DNA of 64,000 nt. Source: a virus. Below the pieces are notes generated by a model. The model saw nothing but the letters and a program-made list of their open reading frames with translations. It made no database searches and was not told the origin of the DNA. The stretch lies in IMG/VR virus record IMGVR_UViG_3300005435_000020, positions 1 to 64,000 of that record; one strand, given 5' to 3'. Position 1 is the first letter of the stretch; each line of letters starts with the position of its first letter. Shown in pieces: positions 17,460 through 25,231 of the stretch. Both the position numbers and the translations under genes were made by a program.

Positions 17460-17886
17460 AGAGATTATTGTGGAGCATTGCGGAGAGTGGGGCACCAAGC
17501 ATACGCTTCGTCTTACTGACGGAGCCTACACCTCTGAGTATCACTGCGACTTGCGAGACTGCGTGAGTATGCTGAGCATCTTCGAGGATGCCGACACACC
17601 ATTCTGCGCTATTGTGGTAAAATTCTACCTTGAATACATGATAAACTTGCCGTTTGAGCCTAGAGGCACTTGCGATAGGCTCCAGGGTAGTAAAAGATTT
17701 AGGTATTACATACTGTCGACGACGGATCGTCATAGGATTGTGTTCCACGACGTGAGGTATTCTGACCCAGTGTTGGGCACCACAATACAAAGAGCCATCG
17801 AGTTGCCTGGCGGCATGTACCACGATTGCTGGCTAGCACATCAAAAAGGCCTCATGTCGATAGCGGAGAGTATGGGGCTGCTATGA
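17446..17886 (+). CDS. Family Z protein
   Basis: HCGEWGTKH...YHCDL...LSIFEDADTPFC. Confidence 0.85.
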   Translation: MKLPEEIIVEHCGEWGTKHTLRLTDGAYTSEYHCDLRDCVSMLSIFEDADTPFCAIVVKFYLEYMINLPFEPRGTCDRLQGSKRFRYYILSTTDRHRIVFHDVRYSDPVLGTTIQRAIELPGGMYHDCWLAHQKGLMSIAESMGLL

Positions 17887-18227
17887 AAGAGTCCATCTAC
17901 GTCAGCGACATCGTGGACCCTGCCGACGTCATCTTGGTGGAGGATGGTCACTTCCAGTCCCTCTACGTCGGTGGTGTGGAGGAGGAGCTTTCCTTACTTG
18001 AGCTATATCCAAATGCAGACATATCTATATCCACGAAAGTAGCCTACACCTACCGACTCAACAGGCGAGATGGTTTTATGAGTGAGATGGAAGCCTGGCT
18101 AGGAGGGCATCTCTATGTAGTCTACGGAGCACCGAATGGCAGAGCCCCTCACCACAACCAAGGCTTCGAGATCACCAGGGTCGCTGACACTAACTGGCTC
18201 TTCATCCCCGTGGTGATCACAGTATGA
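17883..18227 (+). CDS. Family Z protein lacking the metal ligands
   Basis: LLELYPNADISIS retained; C/H ligands absent. Confidence 0.8.
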   Translation: MKESIYVSDIVDPADVILVEDGHFQSLYVGGVEEELSLLELYPNADISISTKVAYTYRLNRRDGFMSEMEAWLGGHLYVVYGAPNGRAPHHNQGFEITRVADTNWLFIPVVITV

Positions 18228-18230
18228 CGA

Positions 18231-18596
18231 ATGTATAAGTGTGTGGTTTGGTGTGACGGCGAAACCCATTGGTGTGTCTATGATTATAAATCCAAGAGGT
18301 TCTACGACAACCATCACAACATCGAGAATGAGTTGCTCCTGTGGGAAATGAGTGAAGGCAGCGCAGACATCTCCCTCTGCACAAGGGTAGCCCTCTATTT
18401 TATCCTTCAATATGTAGGCGGCTGTCGGGGCTACCCAGAATGGATGCTGACGAAAAAGACTGCGCCACCTTTCAACATATCAAACCTTGGGGAGTTGTGG
18501 TATGTGAGCCTCGTCAAGGATAATCCCCCCGTGGAATTCTTCTCGACGTGGCCTTGGTCAGAGGAAAAGACGAAGAGGGTTTTCGAGGTACCGTGA
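18231..18596 (+). CDS. Family Z protein
   Basis: WCDGETH...HHNIENEL...SADISLC. Confidence 0.85.
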   Translation: MYKCVVWCDGETHWCVYDYKSKRFYDNHHNIENELLLWEMSEGSADISLCTRVALYFILQYVGGCRGYPEWMLTKKTAPPFNISNLGELWYVSLVKDNPPVEFFSTWPWSEEKTKRVFEVP

Positions 18597-18973
18597 TCAA
18601 GAAGTTTATTGTGCAGTGTGTCGATGAAGTCCACAGGTTTGTCTATTATAAGGATAGGTTCTATAGTCTCCATCACAATATCGAGAATGAACTTTCGATA
18701 CTGGAAATCTATCCGGCGGATATTTCTGTGTGTACTGCTGGGGCTGGGTGGTTCCTTTCAACAGAACCTCGATACACACTGATCCAAGATAATTTCTATG
18801 AGAGCACTGGCCACATCGTGAGCTTTCACACCTACACAAAGTACATTCGAGATGACCTCTTCATCGTCGGCTATAATACTAAACACACGTATAGCTCAAC
18901 GACAGCGAAAAGTCCAGTCCCACACTGGCCTTGGTCAGACGAGGAAACCAGGGAGATTTTCAAGCTCCCTTGA
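18593..18973 (+). CDS. Family Z protein
   Basis: GTGA coupling; QCVDEVH...HHNIENELSILEIYPADISVC. Confidence 0.85.
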   Translation: MIKKFIVQCVDEVHRFVYYKDRFYSLHHNIENELSILEIYPADISVCTAGAGWFLSTEPRYTLIQDNFYESTGHIVSFHTYTKYIRDDLFIVGYNTKHTYSSTTAKSPVPHWPWSDEETREIFKLP

Positions 18974-18998
18974 CACCTAGAAATGAGTATGGTAGTAT
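18970..18998 (+). promoter_or_regulatory. Early-type promoter (repeat family)
   Basis: TTGACA-17bp-TAGTAT; overlaps upstream stop. Confidence 0.85.
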
Positions 18999-19026
18999 GG
19001 TGTAGTGGCTATTGAAAGGGAGTTGT

Positions 19027-19356
19027 ATGTCCAAGAAAAATACGAGGGACTATTTCCACATCCTCTACCAGACGGAGCAGGGTGCCGTGACGAGGAGTGC
19101 CCACACGCGAGAGTATGCAGACAGGCTCCTCAGTAAACTTCGAGAGGAACACGGCGACTGTCCTGGCAGACTAGCGTTACAAACGTGGTCAGTCTCGGAT
19201 GAGACTGGCCCCGTGAAGATGCTCTCCGAGGAGATCATCGAAGCCTTCTCCGGGTGGGAAGCAGCCAAGCCCATCGAGAAGAAGCCGACACCGCGGCCCA
19301 TCAGGTCACGTTTCTCAGCGATGGCAGAGTGGCCCACGAGAAAGGCGAAGGCGTGA
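19027..19356 (+). CDS. Hypothetical protein
   Basis: GGGAG RBS before ATG 19027. Confidence 0.7.
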   Translation: MSKKNTRDYFHILYQTEQGAVTRSAHTREYADRLLSKLREEHGDCPGRLALQTWSVSDETGPVKMLSEEIIEAFSGWEAAKPIEKKPTPRPIRSRFSAMAEWPTRKAKA

Positions 19357-20219
19357 TACCGGCGACAAGCATTCAAGGCAGCCCCTCCGAGTATGTCGGA
19401 ATGTTCCTCGACAGGTATCGTGACCTCCAGAAATCGCAAAACACCATCGCCTCCTATTGTGCCGATTTGGCACAGCTCATGGAGTTTTCTCCGTCGTGTC
19501 GCCTCTCCTACCAAGACGCAGACAGATTCGTGGCGTGGCTCTCACAGCAAGGGCTCAGTGCTGCCAGCATCAAAAGAAAGCTCTCCGCGTGTCGGAGCTT
19601 CTTCACCTACTTGCTACGCCAGGGCATCGTTGACGTCAATCCTTTCCTTGGCGTCGAGACACCGGCACTGCCGCAGAGGCTTCCCAAGCTCCCCTCTCCC
19701 GAGAAGGTCAAGGAATGCCTCGATGCGATGGGAGACGACTACCTGAGCACACGAGACGGCGCATTGATTGCCCTTCTCTTCGGCTCAGGTGCCAGGATCA
19801 GCGAAGCACTGAGCCTCCACACGACGCACCTTGACCTCAACAAAAATGAGATACGTGTCGTCGGCAAGGGGAACAAAGAGAGGGTGCTAGTGCTCTCAGA
19901 TGGGGCAAGAAGGCACCTAGAAGGCTATCTGAGGGTCAGACCCTCCTCAGACACGACGGCATTATTCCTGACCCTCCAAGGGGCATCCTTGACGCGAAGG
20001 GGCGCAGAGTATGCCATCGAGAGGAGGTTTGCGTGTGTCGGAGAGGAAGTCAGCCCACACCAGTTGCGCCATAGCTTCGCATCAACGGTACTTGACAGCG
20101 GCGCAGACATCAAAATAATCCAGGAGCTTCTCGGACACTCAAGTGTCGCTGTAACGGGGAGATACCTGTCGGTGAGTGTCGGCAGGCTCCATCAAGCAGT
20201 AGCAAAGGCATTCGAGTGA
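19353..20219 (+). CDS. Tyrosine recombinase, XerC/XerD-like
   Basis: SAM-like N-domain; GARISE, GKGNKER, HQLRHS, LGHSS, TGRY catalytic set. Confidence 0.92.
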   Translation: MIPATSIQGSPSEYVGMFLDRYRDLQKSQNTIASYCADLAQLMEFSPSCRLSYQDADRFVAWLSQQGLSAASIKRKLSACRSFFTYLLRQGIVDVNPFLGVETPALPQRLPKLPSPEKVKECLDAMGDDYLSTRDGALIALLFGSGARISEALSLHTTHLDLNKNEIRVVGKGNKERVLVLSDGARRHLEGYLRVRPSSDTTALFLTLQGASLTRRGAEYAIERRFACVGEEVSPHQLRHSFASTVLDSGADIKIIQELLGHSSVAVTGRYLSVSVGRLHQAVAKAFE

Positions 20220-20476
20220 CAAGCACCGTGACGTGTACCCATTGCCACAAAGGCACCGTGACCCAGCTCATCGGTGGTTATGAGGCTGTCCTCTGCCCGG
20301 AGTGCAAGCATGTCATCTGCCCAGCCTGCGGCGAAGCTAACCTCAGGATAGTTGCGAGGATACCACAAGTATACGGCATCCTCTGGTGTACCTGCGGTGG
20401 TCCTCATATGCTCTACGCCAACGAAGAGGCCATCAATAAGTCCCTCGTCGCAGACGCCGTGGGCGTGTCGGCGTGA
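20216..20476 (+). CDS. Multi-CxxC zinc-ribbon protein
   Basis: CTHC, CPEC, CPAC, CTC. Confidence 0.7.
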   Translation: MTSTVTCTHCHKGTVTQLIGGYEAVLCPECKHVICPACGEANLRIVARIPQVYGILWCTCGGPHMLYANEEAINKSLVADAVGVSA

Positions 20477-20721
20477 TCATCAGCCTGCTCCTCGTGTGTC
20501 CACACTGCCAGAAGACCATTGACCCTGGAAAGTTTCGCCTGACGTGGGACCTCAACGTGGATGAAAACTTCATGTTCATCCCGGAAGGGGAGAAAAATGC
20601 CCTCCTCGCTGGATTCTTCCTGAGCCTGAATGGTGAGTTGAAGAAAGGGGTGGGGTGCTGCCCAGACTGCCTGGGCATGGCAAAGATGAAAGACTTGTCA
20701 GAATCTGATCTACTCGGGTAG
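20473..20721 (+). CDS. Zinc-ribbon protein
   Basis: CPHC...CPDC. Confidence 0.7.
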   Translation: MIISLLLVCPHCQKTIDPGKFRLTWDLNVDENFMFIPEGEKNALLAGFFLSLNGELKKGVGCCPDCLGMAKMKDLSESDLLG

Positions 20722-20726
20722 ACTAC

Positions 20727-20755
20727 TTGACCTTCTTATTAGCATGGGGTAATAT
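20727..20755 (+). promoter_or_regulatory. Promoter for XRE gene
   Basis: TTGACC-17bp-TAATAT. Confidence 0.55.
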
Positions 20756-20794
20756 AAAAAAGGGAATAGGACATGACCAGATTGAGGGGGAAAT

Positions 20795-21340
20795 GTGAGT
20801 ACAAAGACGTCGAGAGAAATTACCGTCACGAGTCCTGTGCCGAATCTATTACCGCCTACTGGCAACCTGGGACAAGATTTCCGTGACCTCTCCCAGTATA
20901 CGCCGCCACGGCGGGGGAGGCTCGGGAAAAACCATAACAACCCAGGCTTCCGGCTGGGTGAGCACATCCGGGAGTTGATCACCCTCCGTGGGCTGACGAG
21001 GCAGCAAGTGGCCGACAGGTCCGGTGTGTCCACGTATGGACTGAACCACATCGTCGGCGGTTATGTCAAGATACCAAGCATTGAGACCTTGATGGGACTT
21101 GCCAAAGCCTTGGATGTCTCCACGTTGGAGCTTCTCGCCTACACAGGTGCCGTCGATGAGCAGGACATCACTAGCTACGTTGCATCCCATATGCAGAGTA
21201 GTGTGATGGCTGAGGATAGCGCCTGGAAGCTTGCAGGTAAGGAGCTACAGGACCTCCCCCTGGAGAAGAGGAAGGTCCTGCTCCAGACTATCCTTGTCCT
21301 GATCTCCTCCCACAAAGCGTATTGCCAGACGGAAGACTAA
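20795..21340 (+). CDS. XRE-family HTH transcriptional regulator
   Basis: LGEHIREL...RGLTRQQVADRSGVS...PSIETLMGLAKALDVS. Confidence 0.85.
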   Translation: MSTKTSREITVTSPVPNLLPPTGNLGQDFRDLSQYTPPRRGRLGKNHNNPGFRLGEHIRELITLRGLTRQQVADRSGVSTYGLNHIVGGYVKIPSIETLMGLAKALDVSTLELLAYTGAVDEQDITSYVASHMQSSVMAEDSAWKLAGKELQDLPLEKRKVLLQTILVLISSHKAYCQTED

Positions 21341-21732
21341 GGCACTTCATCATCAGCCGGGGCGTCATTGCGACGGCGCCGGCTGCGCTGATTCTGGAGG
21401 GCCTTCACAACGGTATTCATCGTCTCCAAGTACTCCTCGATTTCCTGAGGCGTGAGCTTCGAGACGATATCCTCTTCGTTTGCCTCCAGCATCGGGTCAA
21501 GGCCAGCCCTCCTGCGAAACTCCGAGGATGGCACACCTAGTAAATTGGCGAGGGCCTTCGCCACACCATCACTCGGCTTCTGGCCTCCCCGTATGATCTT
21601 GTGGAGCATATTCACAGGTATCCCAGCGTCACGGCACACTGCCCTGTCGCTGGCCCTCCTGCCATACTTCTCGAAGATGCGATGCTCCAGCCACGTCACG
21701 AATCTATCGTGGCTGTAATAGATTTTCACCAT
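21337..21732 (-). CDS. XRE/Cro-like HTH regulator
   Basis: SDRAVCRDAGIP...IIRGGQKPS...ALANLLGVP. Confidence 0.8.
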   Translation of the reverse strand: MVKIYYSHDRFVTWLEHRIFEKYGRRASDRAVCRDAGIPVNMLHKIIRGGQKPSDGVAKALANLLGVPSSEFRRRAGLDPMLEANEEDIVSKLTPQEIEEYLETMNTVVKALQNQRSRRRRNDAPADDEVP

Positions 21733-21812
21733 AACATGGCATACCCTATACCATCTCGATATGGTATACTAAAGATGATAGAAAGTGGGGTCATTATTTT
21801 CTTCACTGTCAT
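21726..21812 (-). CDS. 28-aa leader ORF coupled to the XRE gene
   Basis: AAGGAGAGG directly before ATG; stop overlaps downstream ATG. Confidence 0.35.
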   Translation of the reverse strand: MTVKKIMTPLSIIFSIPYRDGIGYAMLW

Positions 21813-21894
21813 CCTCTCCTTCCGCCTACAGTATACTCCGAAGTTGTTACCAAAATTCGGGTACAAACTGTCGCCTAAACGGTGACAAGCTGCC

Positions 21895-21924
21895 TTGCCA
21901 AGAGTAATATCCTTCTGGTATACT
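21895..21924 (+). promoter_or_regulatory. Promoter of the replication operon
   Basis: TTGCCA-18bp-TATACT with TG extension. Confidence 0.65.
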
Positions 21925-22011
21925 AGTAGCATCAAAAGGGACAGAGCAAGCGAGTAGAGATTGTAGAGATAGACGAGGAGGACCCCACACGACATAACGA
22001 AAGGTAACCCA

Positions 22012-22656
22012 TTGCCATTGCCGAAAGAGTTTGACCCGAATGACCACATCATCCAGTTTCGAGGCAAACCCTACCTGGAATGCAAGTACCGAATCCACTG
22101 GATGCGTGTCGAGAAGCCAGACTGGGGCATCGTCACGGAGTTGGTAGAGCTTTCCGAGAGGATTGTCGGCAAAGGTGCCGCCGCTAAGGCTGTGCCCTTC
22201 GCCATGTTCAAAGCAACCATCGTGAATGAGCAGGGACAAGTCGTTGCAGTCTCCCACGGCACCGAAACCGCAGAGGACTGGGGAGACTACGTAGAAAAAA
22301 GTGAGACGAAGGCCATAGCGAGGGCTCTCGCGGCTGCTGGCTTCGGCACCATCCAGTCCCTCGAATTCGAGGAGGGCACCGACGCCAACGGCGACGTGAA
22401 TATCGCGGATGCACCTGGCAACGTCGGGGCGAAAGTCGTCAAGGTTGCCGAATCCAAGGTGGCCCAGCCTACCACTCCTTCCGACACAGGAGATGCCAAG
22501 AAGTGTGCCGAGTGTGGGGACACCATCGTTGGCTACAAGGCAGCCAATGGGGATGTCGTGTCGGCGCAACAGGTCATCGAAAGGAGCACCAATAAGTTCC
22601 AGAAGCCACTCTGCAAGAAGTGCTACTCGAAGAATTCCAATCCTGCGAAGCCGTAG
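22012..22656 (+). CDS. Rad52/Sak-like single-strand annealing protein with C-terminal Zn ribbon
   Basis: YLE.KYR..W...FKATI...HGTET...YVEKSETKAIARALA..GFG; CAEC...CKKC. Confidence 0.7.
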   Translation: MPLPKEFDPNDHIIQFRGKPYLECKYRIHWMRVEKPDWGIVTELVELSERIVGKGAAAKAVPFAMFKATIVNEQGQVVAVSHGTETAEDWGDYVEKSETKAIARALAAAGFGTIQSLEFEEGTDANGDVNIADAPGNVGAKVVKVAESKVAQPTTPSDTGDAKKCAECGDTIVGYKAANGDVVSAQQVIERSTNKFQKPLCKKCYSKNSNPAKP

Positions 22657-22668
22657 CGTAGAGAATAG

Positions 22669-23043
22669 ATGAGAGACGAATCTGTGTGCTGTGTGGCGAA
22701 ACATTCCGAGATGGTTGGCGAATTTTTCACGAGTCTCCCGAAAGCTGGACCCATCCCTGTCGATAGGTCCAGCCCCCTCTTCAGATTTGCCTGCAACTTC
22801 CTCTGCAATTCCCCCATCTTGGGGAGTCTCCTCGCCTATGCTTCCCACCTTTGCCATAAGGTGCCGGAAGAAGGCAAGGTGTCCATCGAAGAGTTGGTCA
22901 AGTATTTCTGCCAAGGAGACGTCGATATGAGCAGGGATGCCATCGAGAATCGGTGCCGCATCTCTTTCCATCTCGGCTACGCGACGAGAGCAGCGCAGCA
23001 GAGGGCTATCCTCGATAAGCTCCCAGAGTTGCCTTTGGGCTAG
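22669..23043 (+). CDS. Hypothetical protein
   Basis: Packed ORF in replication operon. Confidence 0.6.
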   Translation: MRDESVCCVAKHSEMVGEFFTSLPKAGPIPVDRSSPLFRFACNFLCNSPILGSLLAYASHLCHKVPEEGKVSIEELVKYFCQGDVDMSRDAIENRCRISFHLGYATRAAQQRAILDKLPELPLG

Positions 23044-23052
23044 GAGACCTTC

Positions 23053-24120
23053 TTGCTGGATTTGCAAGACATCCGGCGACGCTACGACTTGAGGGCCATG
23101 ATCCCCGCAGGCATCGACTACAGGGACACGGAGAGGTGCAGGGTCCAGCGGTGCCTCTGGCATCGAGAGTTGGACCCTTCCCTCCTGGTCTTCCAGGATG
23201 GCTATTTCTGCAAAGCATGCCGAGAGAGGGGAGACGTCATCGACTGGATACAGTTTGAGAAGCGCCTCACCTTCAAGGAAGCCCTCGACTATCTCTGCCG
23301 CAATGCTGGCACCACCGTCTATGAGACGCCAGCCTTCACGGAACCGAGGCCACTCCCTTGCGGCGTGGCACTGGACTACCACCTTGAGCTTACCCGCGAA
23401 GCCCTCGCCTACTATGAACACCGTGGGCTCTCGAAGGAGACCATCGTCAGGTTCCAGCTAGGCTACGGGAAGCCGCCAGGCCACGACTTCAATAGGTTCA
23501 CCATCCCAATCTACCGGGGCGATGATTTAGTAAATGTGAAGTTTCGACGCGACGATACGTGTCCCTACTGCGGGAGCTTCGACACCAAGGAGCAACACGG
23601 CACCGTCGCGTGTCCCTGCGGGGCATCCTGGGCTGCCGTGGGGACCAAGTATTTCAGCCTCAAGAATAGAGGCACACCGAGGCTCTTCAATGATAGGATT
23701 TTGTCTGGCGGCGTGATAGCACAATGCCAGTATGGTATAATACCTAGAGTAGTAATAACAGAAGGCGAATTCGATGCGATGGTCACCACCCAACACGGGT
23801 ACCCTGCCGTCGCCTCGACGGGAGGTGCCCTCAATTTCCAGAGAGGGTGGGCACCAGCGTTTGCGCCAGTCAGGCAGGTCTACAGCATCTTTGACAACGA
23901 CACTGCCGGTAATAAGGGTCGGAGTATTCTCCATCTGAGCTTGCCTCGCGTTGTCGATGTGTTCCTCCCCGTCAAGGAGGACAAAGCAGACCTGACGGAT
24001 TATTTTCGCCTCTACGGTTCTTCTGACTTCGAGGCCATGATCAATAGTGCAAAACGCCACGCCAGAAACCAGCGACAAGTTGCATGGCTCCGGCGTGATC
24101 ATGGACAGAGCTACAACTGA
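23053..24120 (+). CDS. DNA primase (CHC2 zinc finger + TOPRIM)
   Basis: CLWH...PSL...CKAC...GDVIDW; ITEGEFDA; FDNDTAG. Confidence 0.88.
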   Translation: MLDLQDIRRRYDLRAMIPAGIDYRDTERCRVQRCLWHRELDPSLLVFQDGYFCKACRERGDVIDWIQFEKRLTFKEALDYLCRNAGTTVYETPAFTEPRPLPCGVALDYHLELTREALAYYEHRGLSKETIVRFQLGYGKPPGHDFNRFTIPIYRGDDLVNVKFRRDDTCPYCGSFDTKEQHGTVACPCGASWAAVGTKYFSLKNRGTPRLFNDRILSGGVIAQCQYGIIPRVVITEGEFDAMVTTQHGYPAVASTGGALNFQRGWAPAFAPVRQVYSIFDNDTAGNKGRSILHLSLPRVVDVFLPVKEDKADLTDYFRLYGSSDFEAMINSAKRHARNQRQVAWLRRDHGQSYN

Positions 24121-24139
24121 AGAACAATTGAATACGTGA

Positions 24140-24452
24140 AACCCCTGCGAAGGGGCCATCACACAACCTGCTGCTGACCTAGGACCTCCCTCGCCATTTC
24201 TGGCAGGTTGGGAGGCTAGCAGCGGCTTGCCCACACCGACTTTCATAGCAACCACGTCAGCCCCAAAGTTACGAAGCAGCAGCGTTACCAGGGGCAAAAG
24301 ACGAAAAATCCTCCACCCAGCAAACGCGATGCTAGCTTCAGTCGGGTGTCGGCTATAGGGGCGAAGCCCCCTAAATAGAACCCCCGAAGGGGGTTACGAG
24401 ATAGAGAAATACAAGTCCTACTACGTAGTAGGACTTCGTGGAATAGACGAAG
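24140..24452. other. Hairpin/palindrome-rich noncoding block (candidate origin or structured RNA)
   Basis: Two C-GAA-G hairpins (24356-24373, 24379-24395), perfect 24-bp palindrome (24413-24436), several longer-range complementarities. Confidence 0.55.
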
Positions 24453-24474
24453 TGAAGAATAGGCGTAGCTATAT

Positions 24475-24957
24475 ATGTACCCACACGATGATGAGGATGA
24501 AGGTCCATTGCTCCCTTCCGTGGGGACCAAGGTTCCGTGGATTGAGAGGGAAGGCGATGATGTTTTCGAGGAACACAGGTCATTGTGGCTTGACCCTTGG
24601 TTCCCTGGGTGCGGGAGGCAGCCCACGAGGAAGCGTGGCGTGGCAGAGAGATATAGCCTCTATCCAAACGACGTGAAGAGCAGCCTTTCGTATCGCCTGA
24701 TGCAGCTACTATCCCAGTGCAAGAGTGTGCAGGAGGAGAAGGGGATCATCGAAAGGTATTGGAAGAGGTGCTTTCCCAACGTAAGAGAAAGTTGGCCCTT
24801 GCTTATGAAGTGGAGGAAACTCTACACCACAAAGAGATTGATTATGGCGATGATAGTGACGTCGAAGAGGGGCATCACAAAGCCTTCGGAAGTACCGGGA
24901 TATATCGTCTCTGTGCTCAGGGACTGGGAGACTAACGGCGTTGAAATTTACGGGTGA
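24475..24957 (+). CDS. DnaD/DnaB_2-like replication protein
   Basis: C-terminal GYIVSVLRDW...G resembles the DnaD YxxxILxxW motif. Confidence 0.55.
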   Translation: MYPHDDEDEGPLLPSVGTKVPWIEREGDDVFEEHRSLWLDPWFPGCGRQPTRKRGVAERYSLYPNDVKSSLSYRLMQLLSQCKSVQEEKGIIERYWKRCFPNVRESWPLLMKWRKLYTTKRLIMAMIVTSKRGITKPSEVPGYIVSVLRDWETNGVEIYG

Positions 24958-25231
24958 CGCTTATAAAGATTTCGGCAATTGCGTTGATGACACGCAACGG
25001 AGCCATTGCGCCATGCATTATTTCGAGAGGGCCTACCCGATGTCCCTGACGCCAGGGCAACTGCGTGGCGTGACGAAGAAGTATGGCCCACACAACATAC
25101 TGAAGGGCATCGTCGTCACGAGGCAGAGGGGCATCACGAAGACACCGCAAGCATACGCATTGGGGGTGGCGAAGAAGCTCAAGGCACAGGAAACCGAGGG
25201 GATGCTGTTTCGTGAGGAGGAGTCGCATTGA
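24941..25231 (+). CDS. Paralog of preceding DnaD-like domain
   Basis: Shared K.Y...I..IV..T..RGITK.P..Y...V pattern. Confidence 0.55.
   Translation: MKFTGDAYKDFGNCVDDTQRSHCAMHYFERAYPMSLTPGQLRGVTKKYGPHNILKGIVVTRQRGITKTPQAYALGVAKKLKAQETEGMLFREEESH

Noticed and set aside
11946-18973. Diversity-generating retroelement or CRISPR-like origin of the paralog array
   Set aside because: No reverse transcriptase, TR/VR pair or regular nucleotide repeats seen in the window; similarity is mostly at protein level
21847-23421. 524-aa minus-strand ORF
   Set aside because: Antisense shadow of the SSAP, hypothetical and primase genes; no recognisable motifs
23733-23741. TGGTATAAT extended -10 inside the primase gene
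   Set aside because: No -35 and no nearby start; cannot be distinguished from chance, though it is a perfect match
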